IMG/VR virus record: IMGVR_UViG_3300028903_000203
Direction: 5' to 3' (one strand)
DNA: 64,000 nt
DNA from: an uncultured virus (IMG/VR IMGVR_UViG_3300028903_000203)
Taxonomy: Duplodnaviria; Heunggongvirae; Uroviricota; Caudoviricetes
Shown one piece after another: positions 48,614-57,778 of this stretch. Below the pieces are notes generated by a model. The model had not been told where the DNA came from. It ran no database searches and worked only from the letters and a program-made list of their open reading frames with translations. The translations under genes and the position numbers were made by a program. Within the stretch, counting starts at the first letter, position 1. Every line of letters starts with the position of its first letter.

Positions 48614-50623
48614 ATGTCGTGTCGGGGTGATTGGGGAAAGTATGCCAGTGATTTGGAAATCGTAGCACGCACGGCGGCTCCGGCGGTAGATGGCCGGCCC
48701 CGCTGCGTTGTGCAGACCTGCAACCTGCCGCTGCTCAATGGGGACAAGTGCGTGCGGGGTCATCCCCAGGGAGCGGGGGAGGAAACGGGGGTAACTGTCC
48801 CCGTCGAGGTCGGGCAGGCCCTGCTGTGCCTACTCAAAGAGTTGCCGCAGGACTCGTTCATGGATATGGTCAATGACCCCCGCTACCTACAGTTGCGCTA
48901 CGCGCTGGCGCAGGCCGAAGGGCGGCTGGGCTCGACCTGGGTGCTCGTCGAGAACGGGGAACCCAAGCGGATTATTGCTGGCAAGTCGGAAGCGCAAGCG
49001 CGGCATGGGGCGCTGGAACAGGTCAGGCTGCCGTTTGAGGTAGTGCCTCTGGAACAGTATGCGCGGGAGACGGTAGCGCCCGAGCTCTTGGGGGAGGATG
49101 CGCCCTTGGCGGCCGTGCGCGGCCTGGTCGAGATGCTCACGGGAAACCATGCCCCGGAGGGCGCGGTGGCCCTACACGGCGACCCCCGCCTGCGGGCCGC
49201 GCAAGCCCTGGTGCGGGCCGCAGGGCGCGGTCCACGTGACCCCGTGGCCCCGGTCGTGGATCGCTTGCGGGACGGCGGCTTTCTCGCCTACGGCCGGCTG
49301 AAGACCCCGGTCGGCCAAGCCGACACCTACCGCTTCTGGGCCGGGGTGCTAGAGGAAACGGCCGAGGCGATGACCATAGCGCCGAGCGATGCCTGGGTGA
49401 CGACGCTGTTGGATGTCCGGCCCGGCGGCACGGCGAACTTTGTGATTATCGCTGGGCAAGGCGATGAACCCGAGGCGGTCCTGGTGCGGGATGATTTGCC
49501 AACGACGGACGGACTCACCCTCCCCGGCACGCTAACGGTGGCCACCGACGTGCGCGAGCGGGCCCAGCGGGCCCTGCACCAGTATCGCGCGGGCCGGGCA
49601 GACCGGGAGGAAAGGCGGGAGTTGGTGACCCGCGCGGCCTCGTTGGAGGAGGCGCTGCGCGATGTTCTGGCGACGCACGACCAGGGGCTGAGCTTAGCGG
49701 TTGACCAAGGGTTCATGCCGGAGGCAGCGTATAAGGCCGCGGTAAAGGCGGCGGAGCGGGCCAAGAGCCTGCTCGGCGACCGCGGCTGGCGCAAGGTGCC
49801 CACACTCAAAGAGCGGCTCGCGGCCCGCCGCTTGGAGGTCACTCCGGCAGAGCTGGCGCAGTTGGAGGTGATGGTGGAGGATTCGGTCGCCCGCTGTCGG
49901 CAGATTGCCGACTTGCATACGCAGTGGAGGTCGCAGGCACAAGACCCGTCTGGATGGGTTGACAAGTTGCTCCAGGTGCCGCCGTCCACCGAAGAACGTG
50001 CCCTGCGGCGCACGGGGCAGGACTGGGAAGAGATGCGGGACATCACCGAGCAGGTCCGGTTGGCGGTGGGGGTAGAAGTGGGGCCGCTCTATCCAGAGGC
50101 CCGCTATGCCAGTTGGGGGGCATCGGCACACCTGGAGGTCCTGTGGGAGGCGGTCCGCCGCGACAGCAAGCGGTTCCCGACCGCGCTCTTGCGTGAGCGG
50201 GCCGTGGTGGCCGGGCTGCGGCCGGAGCTGGCCGAGCATGCCAACCGCAAGGAGCTGGCCGAATGGGGCGCGCGGCGGGATGGAGCCGCCGCGCACATGC
50301 TGGTGCAGGCCATTCTGAACCATCGGCCTCCTACCATGACTGCGGCGGGCCGCGATGGGATCGCCCGCACCTGGCGGGCCAACCAACGAGTGCAGGTGGT
50401 GACCCCAGAGGGCACGTATGTCGGCCGGGTGGAGCACTGTGGCTTGCGGGGGGTGGACTCCGCCGGGCAAACGGTCGATGGTTACCGGATGGACCGGGCG
50501 CAGGCCGCGACGGTGCAGGTGCAGCCGGTCCTTTGGGTGCGCGTGGATAGTTGGCCAGATTCCATGCGCGCGGTGCGCCCCTTCCCCATCGCTGCGGCGG
50601 TCCCGGAGAGCACCATCAAGTAG
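48614..50623 (+). CDS. MSC-leader multidomain protein with C-terminal SH3/KOW-like domain
   Basis: AGGAGG RBS; MSCRGDWGKY leader (closest to 16196); FP..LLRE.A..AGL.P.LA.HA. Confidence 0.85.
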   Translation: MSCRGDWGKYASDLEIVARTAAPAVDGRPRCVVQTCNLPLLNGDKCVRGHPQGAGEETGVTVPVEVGQALLCLLKELPQDSFMDMVNDPRYLQLRYALAQAEGRLGSTWVLVENGEPKRIIAGKSEAQARHGALEQVRLPFEVVPLEQYARETVAPELLGEDAPLAAVRGLVEMLTGNHAPEGAVALHGDPRLRAAQALVRAAGRGPRDPVAPVVDRLRDGGFLAYGRLKTPVGQADTYRFWAGVLEETAEAMTIAPSDAWVTTLLDVRPGGTANFVIIAGQGDEPEAVLVRDDLPTTDGLTLPGTLTVATDVRERAQRALHQYRAGRADREERRELVTRAASLEEALRDVLATHDQGLSLAVDQGFMPEAAYKAAVKAAERAKSLLGDRGWRKVPTLKERLAARRLEVTPAELAQLEVMVEDSVARCRQIADLHTQWRSQAQDPSGWVDKLLQVPPSTEERALRRTGQDWEEMRDITEQVRLAVGVEVGPLYPEARYASWGASAHLEVLWEAVRRDSKRFPTALLRERAVVAGLRPELAEHANRKELAEWGARRDGAAAHMLVQAILNHRPPTMTAAGRDGIARTWRANQRVQVVTPEGTYVGRVEHCGLRGVDSAGQTVDGYRMDRAQAATVQVQPVLWVRVDSWPDSMRAVRPFPIAAAVPESTIK

Positions 50624-50632
50624 GCGACTATC

Positions 50633-51580
50633 ATGACGTGCCGGGGGGAACATGCCAAACAAGCAGAGCTGCTGGCCCGCGCCTCGCGGATCGCCGGTGG
50701 GCAGGTCAATGGGGCGACGTTTTGTGCCCAGGAAGGCTGTGGCGCACCGTTGAATCGGGAGGGGGCCTGTGTGCGTCCCCATGCCCCAGCACCGCCGGCC
50801 CCCAACAGTAGCTCATCCGGCAGCGGCACCCCCGACTTTGCCACCATTGTGCGCACGAGCGCGACCGGCCCGGTGCAACGCTTGGACCAAGGAAAGGCCA
50901 GCGCGGAGGTCGTGTCCTACGTGGGTGATGGGCGCGGGGTGCGCAAGCCGCTACAATCCGCGCAGGATGAGGTGACGGGCAGGTATCACCATGACGGTAA
51001 CAGTGAGGTGGCAGCGTATCGTCTGGGACGACTACTGGGAGTTGAGATTGTCCCGGACACGGTATTTGACGGCGATGGCAGCCGCACCACGCAGCGTTTT
51101 ATAGAGAATGGTGTTCTAGGATCGCGGGCGTCTCCGCGCAGCCAGCGGCAGGTGCTCCACAAACAGGAGGAGCGGCTGTACGCGCTGTTGGCGTTGGATA
51201 TTATTCTAGGTAACCCTGACCGTCACCTGGGCAACTACATCTATGATGAGCGGGGCCATGTTTGGGCCATTGACCACGGCCATAGCACTTGGCTCCCGTT
51301 TGGCGAACCGCCCTTGGGCGTGCTTCCCTTGGCGCATAGCTATCCGTTGCTACACTTCCTGGGTTTAGCTCCGCCGCCGGAAGACTCTGGCGGCCAAGCC
51401 CTGGTGCCGCATGGCGCGCTGCGCTTTCCACCGGACCTGGTGGCCCGCTGGTCCTGCATTACGCATGACCAGTTCACGGCGGCGTTTCAAGGGATAGCCC
51501 AAACCGGGCGAGTGCGGTTGGAGAACGGCTGGCGCAACCTGCGCTATATCGTAGAACATCGCGGGATTATCACCTGGTGA
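50633..51580 (+). CDS. Leader (MTC) protein with PI3/PI4-kinase/HipA-like kinase domain
   Basis: VRKP...SEVAAYRLGRLLG...VPDTV...Q.F...LDIILGNPDRHLGN...VWAIDHG. Confidence 0.85.
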   Translation: MTCRGEHAKQAELLARASRIAGGQVNGATFCAQEGCGAPLNREGACVRPHAPAPPAPNSSSSGSGTPDFATIVRTSATGPVQRLDQGKASAEVVSYVGDGRGVRKPLQSAQDEVTGRYHHDGNSEVAAYRLGRLLGVEIVPDTVFDGDGSRTTQRFIENGVLGSRASPRSQRQVLHKQEERLYALLALDIILGNPDRHLGNYIYDERGHVWAIDHGHSTWLPFGEPPLGVLPLAHSYPLLHFLGLAPPPEDSGGQALVPHGALRFPPDLVARWSCITHDQFTAAFQGIAQTGRVRLENGWRNLRYIVEHRGIITW

Positions 51581-51590
51581 GGTTATACCG

Positions 51591-52547
51591 ATGAGCTGCA
51601 CGGGGGAACGCAATCGCCAAGCCCGGTGCTTGGCAAGCGAGGCCAAAGTGGCTCCCGGGCAGATCGACGCCGGTGAGCGTTGCCCGGCCTGCTCCACCGT
51701 GCTGACGCTGGGGCATCTCTGTCCCCAGTGCACCGGCGGGGCGGGCGTATTCCGCTTTCCACCCCCCGCCGGGGAAACCGCCGGAGAAACCCAGGAGTTT
51801 GCCCAAGCTGTGCGGCGGGGCCCGGCGGGGCCCCCAACACCGCTCGCCGCCGGCATGACCGGGGCGCAGATCGTCGCCTACATAGATGATGGACGGGGAG
51901 TACGGAAACCCCGGCGCGCGGCCTATTGTGACCCGGACGACCCCAACCGTTACCTGCACGACGGCGACAGCGAAGTGGTGGCGTGCCACCTGGCTGGCTT
52001 ACTGGGCTTGCAGGTTGTGCCAGAGACAGTGTACGAAGGGGCGGGCGAAACCACCACCCAGCGTTTCGTGGAAGATGGACAAGTGTTGGCAGTCGCGGTG
52101 GGGAAGCGGGGGGCGGCGGCTATCCAGGCGTTGCTGGCCCAGCAGGAAGAGAGGGTCTGGACCTTACTGGCCTTAGACCTTATCACGGGCAACAACGACC
52201 GCAATCCGGCTAATGTGGTGTTCGACCCCCAGGGCCAGGTCTGGGCCGTAGACCATGGCAACTGCACCTGGCAACGCTTTGGACCGGGGGATGCGGCGCG
52301 GCCCCTGGCGTGGAATTACCTGCTGATGTACTTTCAGGGGCGGTCGCCGGACCCCCGCCAGTTTGTCGAGGTGCCCCATGGCCGGGTCGTATTTCCCCCG
52401 GCTATGGTGGAACGTTGGCGACAGGTGACAGCCGCGCAATTTCAGGCGGCGTTTGCGGGGGTGGCCGCTGACAGCCATGTGCGGCCCGCTGCCGCGTGGC
52501 AGAATCTCCAAGACATCGTAGCACGGAACGGGGTTGTGCAGTGGTAG
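51591..52547 (+). CDS. MSC-leader protein with PI3/PI4-kinase/HipA-like kinase domain (paralog of 50633)
   Basis: SEVVACHLAGLLG...VPETV...LDLITGNNDRNPAN...VWAVDHG. Confidence 0.85.
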   Translation: MSCTGERNRQARCLASEAKVAPGQIDAGERCPACSTVLTLGHLCPQCTGGAGVFRFPPPAGETAGETQEFAQAVRRGPAGPPTPLAAGMTGAQIVAYIDDGRGVRKPRRAAYCDPDDPNRYLHDGDSEVVACHLAGLLGLQVVPETVYEGAGETTTQRFVEDGQVLAVAVGKRGAAAIQALLAQQEERVWTLLALDLITGNNDRNPANVVFDPQGQVWAVDHGNCTWQRFGPGDAARPLAWNYLLMYFQGRSPDPRQFVEVPHGRVVFPPAMVERWRQVTAAQFQAAFAGVAADSHVRPAAAWQNLQDIVARNGVVQW

Positions 52548-52556
52548 GAGGTGGCG

Positions 52557-52793
52557 ATGCAAGTGCGTTTCTATGTGACCAGAACGCAGCGCGACAATCC
52601 GGGTCAGGACCTGGCGGCGACGATTATCCTAGCCCCTGACGGGCAGCTTACGATGACTGGCGAGGGGGACTATCTCGACCTGCTCTTTGACCATGGCGAG
52701 CGGGCGGCCGGCCGAGAAGCGGTGGAAAAGGCCATGCGGGACGCGCCCTACCGTTTTTCCGGTGGCTACCTGCGGGCCGCCTTCGAGGAGTAG
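52557..52793 (+). CDS. Small leaderless hypothetical protein (candidate kinase immunity/partner)
   Basis: AGGAGG RBS; 78 aa directly after the two kinases. Confidence 0.7.
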   Translation: MQVRFYVTRTQRDNPGQDLAATIILAPDGQLTMTGEGDYLDLLFDHGERAAGREAVEKAMRDAPYRFSGGYLRAAFEE

Positions 52794-52796
52794 CCC

Positions 52797-54248
52797 ATGA
52801 GCTGTACCGGCGAGAAGAAGGCGCAATCGCAAGCGTTGGCCGCGGCAGCCCGCGTGGCGGGGGACCAGGTGGATGGGGCGCAGCGCTGTATCTACCCGCG
52901 CTGCAACCGGCCCTTGAACACGCAGCAGGAGTGTCCCTGCGGCCACAGCCAGTGTCCCACCGACGTGGCGCGGTCGCTGCTTCTGGAGAGCAGGTCGTGG
53001 CTGAGCAACCGGGGTCAGTCTCTGCTGACTCGGGAACTAGCTGAGGAAGATGCGGCGCTGGCGCGGGCGGTAGCCGCGGAACAGCACGATCTCCTGCTTT
53101 TGGAAGAAGCCGAGAGTGTGCTGGCGCGATTAGCTCTGGACCGGCGGCAGGGGCGGGCGCGGGCTGGGTTGGAGGCCGAATTGGAGCGGGCGCACCCCGA
53201 CTCGCGCTGGTTCTGCCGCATTGTCGGTGCGCACGCGCTCGAGGTGTGGCGCAATGAACAGGTGGCCGGAATGGCCAGTCTGCTCGACGCGGAGGCGGTT
53301 ATCCAGCACCGGCTGGATGTGGACAGGCTGCTGGAGAATCTAGCGTTGGACCCGGCGATGGCTGCGGCCCAGAAACAAGCGCGGCTGGCCGCACCTGCCA
53401 ACCAACGCCGGGTAACGCTGCGGGCCGAGCGGCGCGCGTGGTCGCTGGCCGATCCCCACCGCCCAGTCATCGACTATCTGGAACGGCTGCCGACCGGCAG
53501 CACCATGACTGTGGTGGAAGCAGCCGTGGCGGGGTGGCCGGAGGCCGAAGCCTTGCGGGGCCAGTGGACGGCGGTAGAAACGCCGGACCTCGGGCGGGTC
53601 TGGGTGCCCCTGGGCGAGCCCCCCGGCCGGCCGGACTACCGGCTCACCCGGGACTTTGGCTTGTTGGGCGAGGTGACCAACCGGGTTAGCGATGCCCTGG
53701 AGGTGGGACCCGACCTCGACCCCACGGACGTACGGGAGCGAGTGCGGCGCGCTGATTACAATGCTGTGCTGCTGGAAGTGCGCCGAGAGATAGAGCATGA
53801 CCAGGCCGACGAGCGGGAGATTGACATAATACTAACGGGCATGCGAAGGAGCCCGGTCGCCACAACCGAGGAGATGCTGCAACGCCTGCATGATGAGCAG
53901 GGGGCTCCGCCACCGCCCGAGGTGTGGGCGGCCCTGGGCCGGCTCGAGACGCTGGTGCAAGCGCTGCGCGAGCGGCTGGAACAGGGCACCCCGCCAGTGG
54001 AGTGCCGGCTGGCGTGGCAGCGGCGGCTGGCCTGGGTGCGGTCCATCCAGCGCCACAACCTACCGGACGTGCGGCGGGAACTGGAAGAACGCGGGCTGGC
54101 CGCAGACCGCTGGAGCTGGCGCAGCAACCTGACGGGGATCGAGGGCATGCTTCGCTGGGTGCTGGCACGGGATGCCGATTTGCGACTGGGGGACGCGGAG
54201 ATGCACCCGCCGGTGGAGGACGCTGCCAGGGCTAGCCCAAGGGAGTAA
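52797..54248 (+). CDS. MSC-leader protein, unknown cargo
   Basis: GAGGAG RBS; MSCTGEKKAQ leader. Confidence 0.85.
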   Translation: MSCTGEKKAQSQALAAAARVAGDQVDGAQRCIYPRCNRPLNTQQECPCGHSQCPTDVARSLLLESRSWLSNRGQSLLTRELAEEDAALARAVAAEQHDLLLLEEAESVLARLALDRRQGRARAGLEAELERAHPDSRWFCRIVGAHALEVWRNEQVAGMASLLDAEAVIQHRLDVDRLLENLALDPAMAAAQKQARLAAPANQRRVTLRAERRAWSLADPHRPVIDYLERLPTGSTMTVVEAAVAGWPEAEALRGQWTAVETPDLGRVWVPLGEPPGRPDYRLTRDFGLLGEVTNRVSDALEVGPDLDPTDVRERVRRADYNAVLLEVRREIEHDQADEREIDIILTGMRRSPVATTEEMLQRLHDEQGAPPPPEVWAALGRLETLVQALRERLEQGTPPVECRLAWQRRLAWVRSIQRHNLPDVRRELEERGLAADRWSWRSNLTGIEGMLRWVLARDADLRLGDAEMHPPVEDAARASPRE

Positions 54249-54253
54249 ACCAT

Positions 54254-54304
54254 TAGGGGGCCGGTTGGCCCCCTATAGACAACGCTGGCCGGGGCCGATA
54301 CAAT
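54254..54304 (+). promoter_or_regulatory. Array promoter copy 4
   Basis: TAGGGGGCC-ggtt-GGCCCCCTA, then TAGACA-N17-TACAAT. Confidence 0.75.
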
Positions 54305-54333
54305 GAGAAGCAGCAATTTGGAGGAGAACGGTC

Positions 54334-56496
54334 ATGAGCTGTAAGAACTTCTGGGCCCAGGAAATTGCCGGCCGTCTGCAAGGTACTGCGCGGGTGGCGG
54401 CCGGCCAGGTGGATGGCGCAGCGCGCTGCACCCATGAGGGTTGCGACGCCCTCGTGAACCTGGCGACCAACTGCTGCGTGCGCGGCCATGCCCAGGGACC
54501 GATGCATGGGGTTGCCTATGCTACTGCCCTGGCCGGCGCGCTGGCCTGCGCAGCGCGCGAGGCAGTGCAGCGGGGGCAGGTGGAAGTCACACCAGCGGTG
54601 GAGCAACTACTACGCACCGACACCGAGCACCGGGTACGTGAGCTGCTTGGGCAGGAGCGGGTTGCCGCCGAGCTGCGCACCGCCGACCGCGTGACGGTGC
54701 TTAGCCTGCGGGACCGGGTCCAGGTCGTGACCCGTTCCGATACGGTTCAGACCAACTTCATGCAGGAACGGGCCGGCGCATTGCACGTCGAGGAAGAGCA
54801 TTTCGGGAACTATGACCTCTCCAGGCGGTCAGCCGACATCGTGGACGACTACGTGGCCGCCCGCCTCCGGCGGGGCTGGCGGGAGCACTGCCGGCTGTGT
54901 GGCCAGTTCCTGCCGGACGAGGGGGAGCATACCTGCCCAGAGGGGCGGGACGAAGCTGCCGAGGCCGCACAGACTATCCAGACGGCCATGCATGTCTTGG
55001 GTGACCTCGATGCTCGGGCGAAGCGACACGACCCACGGGTGCAGGCCGGCCGGGCCTATCTTGCCGCGAGGGCGGTGAGTGCCACCCCGACAGATGCGCC
55101 CGCCCCCGCGCTGCCGGCGGCGGAACACCTGGCGTTTCTGCAAAGGGAGATCATGACGGCAGGCGACAGCGACGTGTTCGAGGACTATGAGCTTGACGAG
55201 GCCATGATGGCCCAGGTGGAGCAGGACGTGAACCAGGCGATCTCCGGCGTCACAACTCCTACCCTGGCTGGCTCCCTCCGTTACTTCTTGGACGAGGTGC
55301 TGGAGCCTTTCCAGGAGAGCGGCTTATTTGAATCCTACGCGAGCGAAGACCCCGATTATAGCGACAAATGGGTGACGGCCCTGGACGAGGTGCGCCGGTA
55401 TCTGGGGGACGCAGTGCCCATTTCCCGGCCCCTGCCCCGCGCGGGGGTACTCGACGCGCTGGGGCAGGCTGTCAAGCAAGCAAAGACGGACCTGGGGCGC
55501 ATTATGCCCCAGGTTGAGCCCAGCGGCGACCGCGAGCAGCCCGGTTGGCAGACTATCAAGGAACTCCAACGGGCGCTCCGGGCGTATGAGCGGAAGCCGC
55601 AGTCCATGGCGGCGCAGACAGCGCTGCTGGCCGCGGCCCGTTGTGCGGACGCCGACCTCCAGGGCATCATGCCGGAGTTCGAGCCCAGCGGTGACAAAGA
55701 AGACGAGGGCTGGCGCACGCTGCGCGACCTGGGCCGGGCCATCCGGGATGCAGAGCTGAGTCCGCCCATCGTCGAGCAAGAGTATGACGGCGACCTGGGG
55801 AATGCCCCTATCGCGGAGATGGCAGCGCAGCAAACACCCGATGCTCCGCCCGTGCTGCTCCAGGAGAAGGAGGGCAGCCAGAGCATGCTGCTCGTCAACA
55901 TCAACGGACAGGGTGTAGCGGCCCACATCCTGGATGATGGCGTCATCCTGGACTTGGCCGGCTACGACACCAAGACGGCGGCTGAGGGGTACGGCGGTGG
56001 TCTGGTCTACCTGGCCCTGGAGGAGGACGGTACTCCGTTTCTGTACGTCTGGGCGGATCGCGGTGAGGAGGACCCCACGCACATTATCGGTCTGGGAGGG
56101 GCCGCAGAGCGTTACCGCGTCTTGGAAGAGGACGAGCCGGCAGGGGAGGTTACCCGCGGGCGGCCTTGGCACGAGGCTGATCCGGCTGCGCCGGGGCGCG
56201 GGCAGGTGGTAGCGTTAACGGGGCGGGATGAGCCCCCCGCCGTAGCCACGCGCTGGGACAACGAGCAAGCCGGGGCCGTGAGTATTGAGCCCAACGGCGT
56301 GTCCCTGGATGTGCGCGGGTACGGCACCGCCGCGATGGCTCCTGGTTATGGCGGCGGCATTGTTCACCTGGACTTGTTCCATCCGAAGGCCCCCGTTCTG
56401 CTGGTGTGGGCGGACGTCAACTATGAGGAACCCACCCACCGCATTCCCTTAGCTGGCGCGCGGGAACCGCGCGCGAAAAGTAGGAGGCGCCAATGA
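54334..56496 (+). CDS. MSC-leader mosaic protein with duplicated C-terminal LD..GY...GGG.V.L...VWAD...PTH.I.L domain
   Basis: GGAGGAG RBS; MSCKNFWAQE; also a duplicated DL..IMP..EPSGD.E..GW.T motif. Confidence 0.85.
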   Translation: MSCKNFWAQEIAGRLQGTARVAAGQVDGAARCTHEGCDALVNLATNCCVRGHAQGPMHGVAYATALAGALACAAREAVQRGQVEVTPAVEQLLRTDTEHRVRELLGQERVAAELRTADRVTVLSLRDRVQVVTRSDTVQTNFMQERAGALHVEEEHFGNYDLSRRSADIVDDYVAARLRRGWREHCRLCGQFLPDEGEHTCPEGRDEAAEAAQTIQTAMHVLGDLDARAKRHDPRVQAGRAYLAARAVSATPTDAPAPALPAAEHLAFLQREIMTAGDSDVFEDYELDEAMMAQVEQDVNQAISGVTTPTLAGSLRYFLDEVLEPFQESGLFESYASEDPDYSDKWVTALDEVRRYLGDAVPISRPLPRAGVLDALGQAVKQAKTDLGRIMPQVEPSGDREQPGWQTIKELQRALRAYERKPQSMAAQTALLAAARCADADLQGIMPEFEPSGDKEDEGWRTLRDLGRAIRDAELSPPIVEQEYDGDLGNAPIAEMAAQQTPDAPPVLLQEKEGSQSMLLVNINGQGVAAHILDDGVILDLAGYDTKTAAEGYGGGLVYLALEEDGTPFLYVWADRGEEDPTHIIGLGGAAERYRVLEEDEPAGEVTRGRPWHEADPAAPGRGQVVALTGRDEPPAVATRWDNEQAGAVSIEPNGVSLDVRGYGTAAMAPGYGGGIVHLDLFHPKAPVLLVWADVNYEEPTHRIPLAGAREPRAKSRRRQ

Positions 56497-57716
56497 GCTG
56501 CAAAGACTCTTGGGAAAAGGAAATGGCGGGCCGGCTGCAAAACGCCAGCCGCATCGCGGCCGGCCAGGTGGACGGCGGGCAGCGCTGTACCCGGCCAGGC
56601 TGCGACGCCCTGGTGAATCGGGCGACCGGGCTGTGCGTCAAGGGGCACCGCCAGGACGTGACCGCCGCAGGCTATCCCCGTGAGTTGGATGCCCTGCTGT
56701 GTGTGGCAGAGGAGCTCCAGGCGCAGGGCCGGTTGTCGGAGGAAGACGAGGGCACCGTAGCGGTTGTCCAGGACTTCCGTAGTATGGCTCAAGATGGTGA
56801 CGCTGGAACCGGCGACGATGTGGCCGAACAAGGGTCCGCTTCCGTGCTTGATCTCCTGAATCTGGTGGAGCGGATGGAACACGAACTTGACCCGGCCGCG
56901 AGCGCCGCTCTGCATGACGATGCCCGCACGCGGGCCGGGCGGGACTTTCTACAAGCCGCGGTACTGGCAGAACTGAAAAGGGCGCTGGGGGAAGGCCGGG
57001 AGCCCCCTGCCGCAGAGCTACCCCGCGATCAGCACGGCCATCTGGTGGACGCGGCGGGCAAGCCCGTCACCGATCCCTACGGGCATTTGACCTGGTGCCT
57101 GGGCACCAGCGATGATTTTGTCTGCCTGGATTATCACGTAGACCCCGAGCATGATGTCGTGGTCCTGCACGCGGCGGTCAATAGCGAGACCGGCGGCTTT
57201 GTGGACGACTTCTCCTATATCGAGGTGCCTCGGGCGGAGGCCGCCGAAACAGCGCAAGGACTCGTCGACCAGGCTATGCAGTGGGCCTGGGACAACGAGC
57301 TGCGCCGCCCGGCCTTGAAGGAACCCGCGCGCCGCTTCCTGGCATCATTACGGCGTGAGTTGCGGACCGTGCAGCCCGCTGCTCCGGCCCGCGCTACCCA
57401 GCCTGCGGGGGAAGTGCCGCCGGCCGCCAGCGGCATTATTCACCGCGACTGGAACCCGACCGGCGATAGCATGGAGGACTTGCTGGCCGAAGGCGGAGGC
57501 ACCTTGCCTTACGACCGGGCCGGCTATCCGGTCATCTACCTGACCGCAGACGGCACCGAGCTATGCGCGAGCTGCGCGATGGATGATTTGCGATTGCCAC
57601 CAGGCGAAGACCAGGGGGTGCAAGGTTATCGGCTGCTGGACGAGCCGGGACTCACTTCTGAGTGCGCTGAATGCGGCTACGAGTTCGCATACGAAGGCGA
57701 AGAAGATGAGGAATAG
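56493..57716 (+). CDS. MSC-leader protein with C-terminal GYP..Y...DG..LCxxC...CxxC Zn finger
   Basis: ATGA overlap; MSCKDSWEKEM leader. Confidence 0.85.
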   Translation: MSCKDSWEKEMAGRLQNASRIAAGQVDGGQRCTRPGCDALVNRATGLCVKGHRQDVTAAGYPRELDALLCVAEELQAQGRLSEEDEGTVAVVQDFRSMAQDGDAGTGDDVAEQGSASVLDLLNLVERMEHELDPAASAALHDDARTRAGRDFLQAAVLAELKRALGEGREPPAAELPRDQHGHLVDAAGKPVTDPYGHLTWCLGTSDDFVCLDYHVDPEHDVVVLHAAVNSETGGFVDDFSYIEVPRAEAAETAQGLVDQAMQWAWDNELRRPALKEPARRFLASLRRELRTVQPAAPARATQPAGEVPPAASGIIHRDWNPTGDSMEDLLAEGGGTLPYDRAGYPVIYLTADGTELCASCAMDDLRLPPGEDQGVQGYRLLDEPGLTSECAECGYEFAYEGEEDEE

Positions 57717-57778
57717 GCACTGAACTGTAAAGACCAGTGGGCAAAGGCCCGCCAAGTAGCAGGCATTGGAGGCAAACC

